NCBI GenBank assembly: GCA_032718475.1
Contig: JAUCBJ010006002.1
Coordinates: forward strand, 49 to 64,048
Direction of reading: 5' to 3'
Length of the DNA stretch: 64,000 nucleotides
From: Nemertoderma westbladi
Taxonomy: Eukaryota; Animalia; Xenacoelomorpha
Shown piece after piece: positions 63,313 through 64,000 of the stretch. The position numbers were made by a program, and so were the translations under genes. How positions within the stretch are numbered: the first letter of the stretch is position 1; the number at the start of each line of letters is the position of its first letter. Under the pieces are notes generated by a model. That model was not told where the DNA came from. It was given only the letters and a program-made list of their open reading frames with translations, and searched no databases.

Positions 63313-64000
63313 CCGTACGATTAAAGTGCACCCATACAGTTTACTACCCTTAATGAGCACGAAACTATAAAAAAATACATTTTCCTCAACTGTATTATGT
63401 TTTTATCGTCACACACCCACCGAGTTAAGAGAGTAGCCGACAATAACTCTCTCTATTCGGTTACATTTTGGCAATAATGAAACTGTTATTGGCCAAATCC
63501 GCTTAGTTTTGGCAGCGACTGAACACATTAATTATATACCATATTATTAACACCGCCGTATTGAGTGAGGTCACAATATACATTCAAAACTTCCGTTTAA
63601 TTTAACGGTACAGTACGTGTATTTCATAATGATCAGTATTATCAGTATTATTAGTAATAATCATGTTTTTCAATTAACAATTTAATTAAATTAAAATATG
63701 ATATTTCACTTCATACATTGTATTTAACTAACATAATAAGAAAGCAAAGGTGCAACTGAGATTGCGTAAATGGTTACCCTCACTAGATTTAGACGCCGGA
63801 TACTCTAATAGATACTCTAATATAATTTAGTTACAAATAAGGGAAAGGATCAGGTTTCAGAGACGGCTTTTTCTAACCAAAACAATAAATTATTATTATT
63901 ATTCCTTTGGTACCCATAGTGATTGCACGAATGGGGAAGTCTCTACACAAGGTAGGGACTTATAATTAAGGAAATTATATGTAAAGGTGTCTACAGTATT

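Overview
AT-rich, intron-containing animal (invertebrate-like) genomic DNA, not prokaryotic. Two host genes can be fully reconstructed on the + strand from splice sites and reading phase. (1) A three-exon class A peptide-receptor-like GPCR (3641-3836, 14072-14261, 21058-21994; 440 aa) with about 17 kb of transposon-filled introns. (2) A three-exon aquaporin (41670-42146, 42464-42634, 47584-47709; 257 aa) with two NPA boxes and an atypical I-H-T-R filter. The rest is mostly layered mobile DNA: RTE-like, RTEX-like, Proto2-like and CR1/L2-like LINE remnants, Penelope-like fragments, a BEL/Pao LTR retrotransposon with extra Zn-knuckle ORF(s) downstream of integrase, TTAA piggyBac-type non-autonomous elements (one is a fold-back with two identical ends), a 1.7-kb hAT-type fold-back with a nested MITE, two adjacent GG-ended 8-bp-TSD elements, Helentron-associated-like elements with interchangeable microsatellite cores, a tRNA-type SINE, several mini/microsatellites, and tandem duplications of 48 to 1710 bp. 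No rRNA, intact tRNA or CRISPR array was seen. Transposon family names come from motif recognition by eye, not database searches.
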